Virus record (IMG/VR): IMGVR_UViG_2639762822_000001
Reading direction: 5' to 3' (one strand)
Source: a virus
Lineage: Duplodnaviria; Heunggongvirae; Uroviricota; Caudoviricetes
DNA length: 44,565 nucleotides
Part shown: in pieces, positions 44,345-44,565 of the stretch
Position numbering within the stretch: the stretch's first letter is position 1
Layout: each line of letters begins with the position of its first letter
The notes under the pieces: generated by a model
Databases searched by the model: none
Told to the model about the DNA's origin: nothing
The model's input: the letters and a program-made list of their open reading frames with translations, nothing else
Program-made: the position numbers and the translations under genes

Positions 44345-44364
44345 ATAGATAAGTACCTACCTAT
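44345..44364 (-). promoter_or_regulatory. Motif A before nrdA
   Basis: ATAGATAAGTACCTACCTAT; -10-like TATTAA. Confidence 0.65.
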
Positions 44365-44375
44365 CAATCCGGAGC

Positions 44376-44564
44376 TTATAAAATTCCTGAAAGAACGTCT
44401 CGAACCTGTCGGAATTGGTCTGTCTGCATACCGGTGTAAATCGCCGCCCGCCTCACGGCATCGGCAAAGGGGCTGGGCGAGGTCCCGGCGGGCCGCGCCG
44501 CGCTGCGCCAGGCCGGGCTGCGGCCTGAGACTACGCTGGCGAAGTTTATCTCTCCGGGAAGGAA
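44376..44564 (-). CDS. 3' end of an upstream gene (partial, unknown product)
   Basis: Open frame from the window edge to TAA at 44376 (...QFRQVRDVLSGIL*); GC-rich. Confidence 0.45.
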   Translation of the reverse strand, partial: FLPGEINFASVVSGRSPAWRSAARPAGTSPSPFADAVRRAAIYTGMQTDQFRQVRDVLSGIL

Positions 44565-44565
44565 A

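Overview
44.6-kb segment of a large temperate phage genome. Its gene content and order fit an SSU5/pHCM2-like enterobacterial phage-plasmid (inferred; no replicon or lysis genes fall in the window). Almost all genes are on the minus strand. (1) 1-9.9 kb: siphovirus-type morphogenesis genes (terS, terL, portal, scaffold, major capsid, Ig-domain decoration protein, head-tail joining proteins, tail tube, tail chaperone with a likely -1 frameshift). (2) 10-13.5 kb: an operon of two ParB-like proteins, a soluble ABC ATPase, a Mom-like GNAT and a wHTH protein directly upstream of terS, a candidate DNA-modification/packaging system. (3) 13.5-17.7 kb: a plus-strand block with an SF2 helicase, RHH protein, lipoprotein, tandem Sm/Hfq-like protein and wHTH protein. 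(4) 17.7-32.5 kb: an accessory region of small genes, each behind a repeated promoter/operator module, including a LexA-controlled gene, an HD alarmone-hydrolase-like gene, an LprI-like gene, a DUF4942 methyltransferase and TerB. (5) 32.5-44.5 kb: replication and nucleotide metabolism (RNase HI, Dam-family MTase, DEDDh exonuclease, dNMP kinase, DHFR, ThyA, MazG-like, NrdB, NrdA). Non-coding highlights: two dispersed palindrome families (20-bp ATARGTAAGTACTTACYTAT and 13-bp AAACAANTTGTTT), twin long inverted-repeat modules at 10.0 and 34.1 kb, a ~450-nt highly structured region upstream of rnhA, and a ~100-nt hairpin array with CAGGAUG loops resembling a CsrA-binding RNA. All family assignments come from motif recognition by eye, not database searches. 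Many start codons were re-assigned from the ORF track using RBS evidence.
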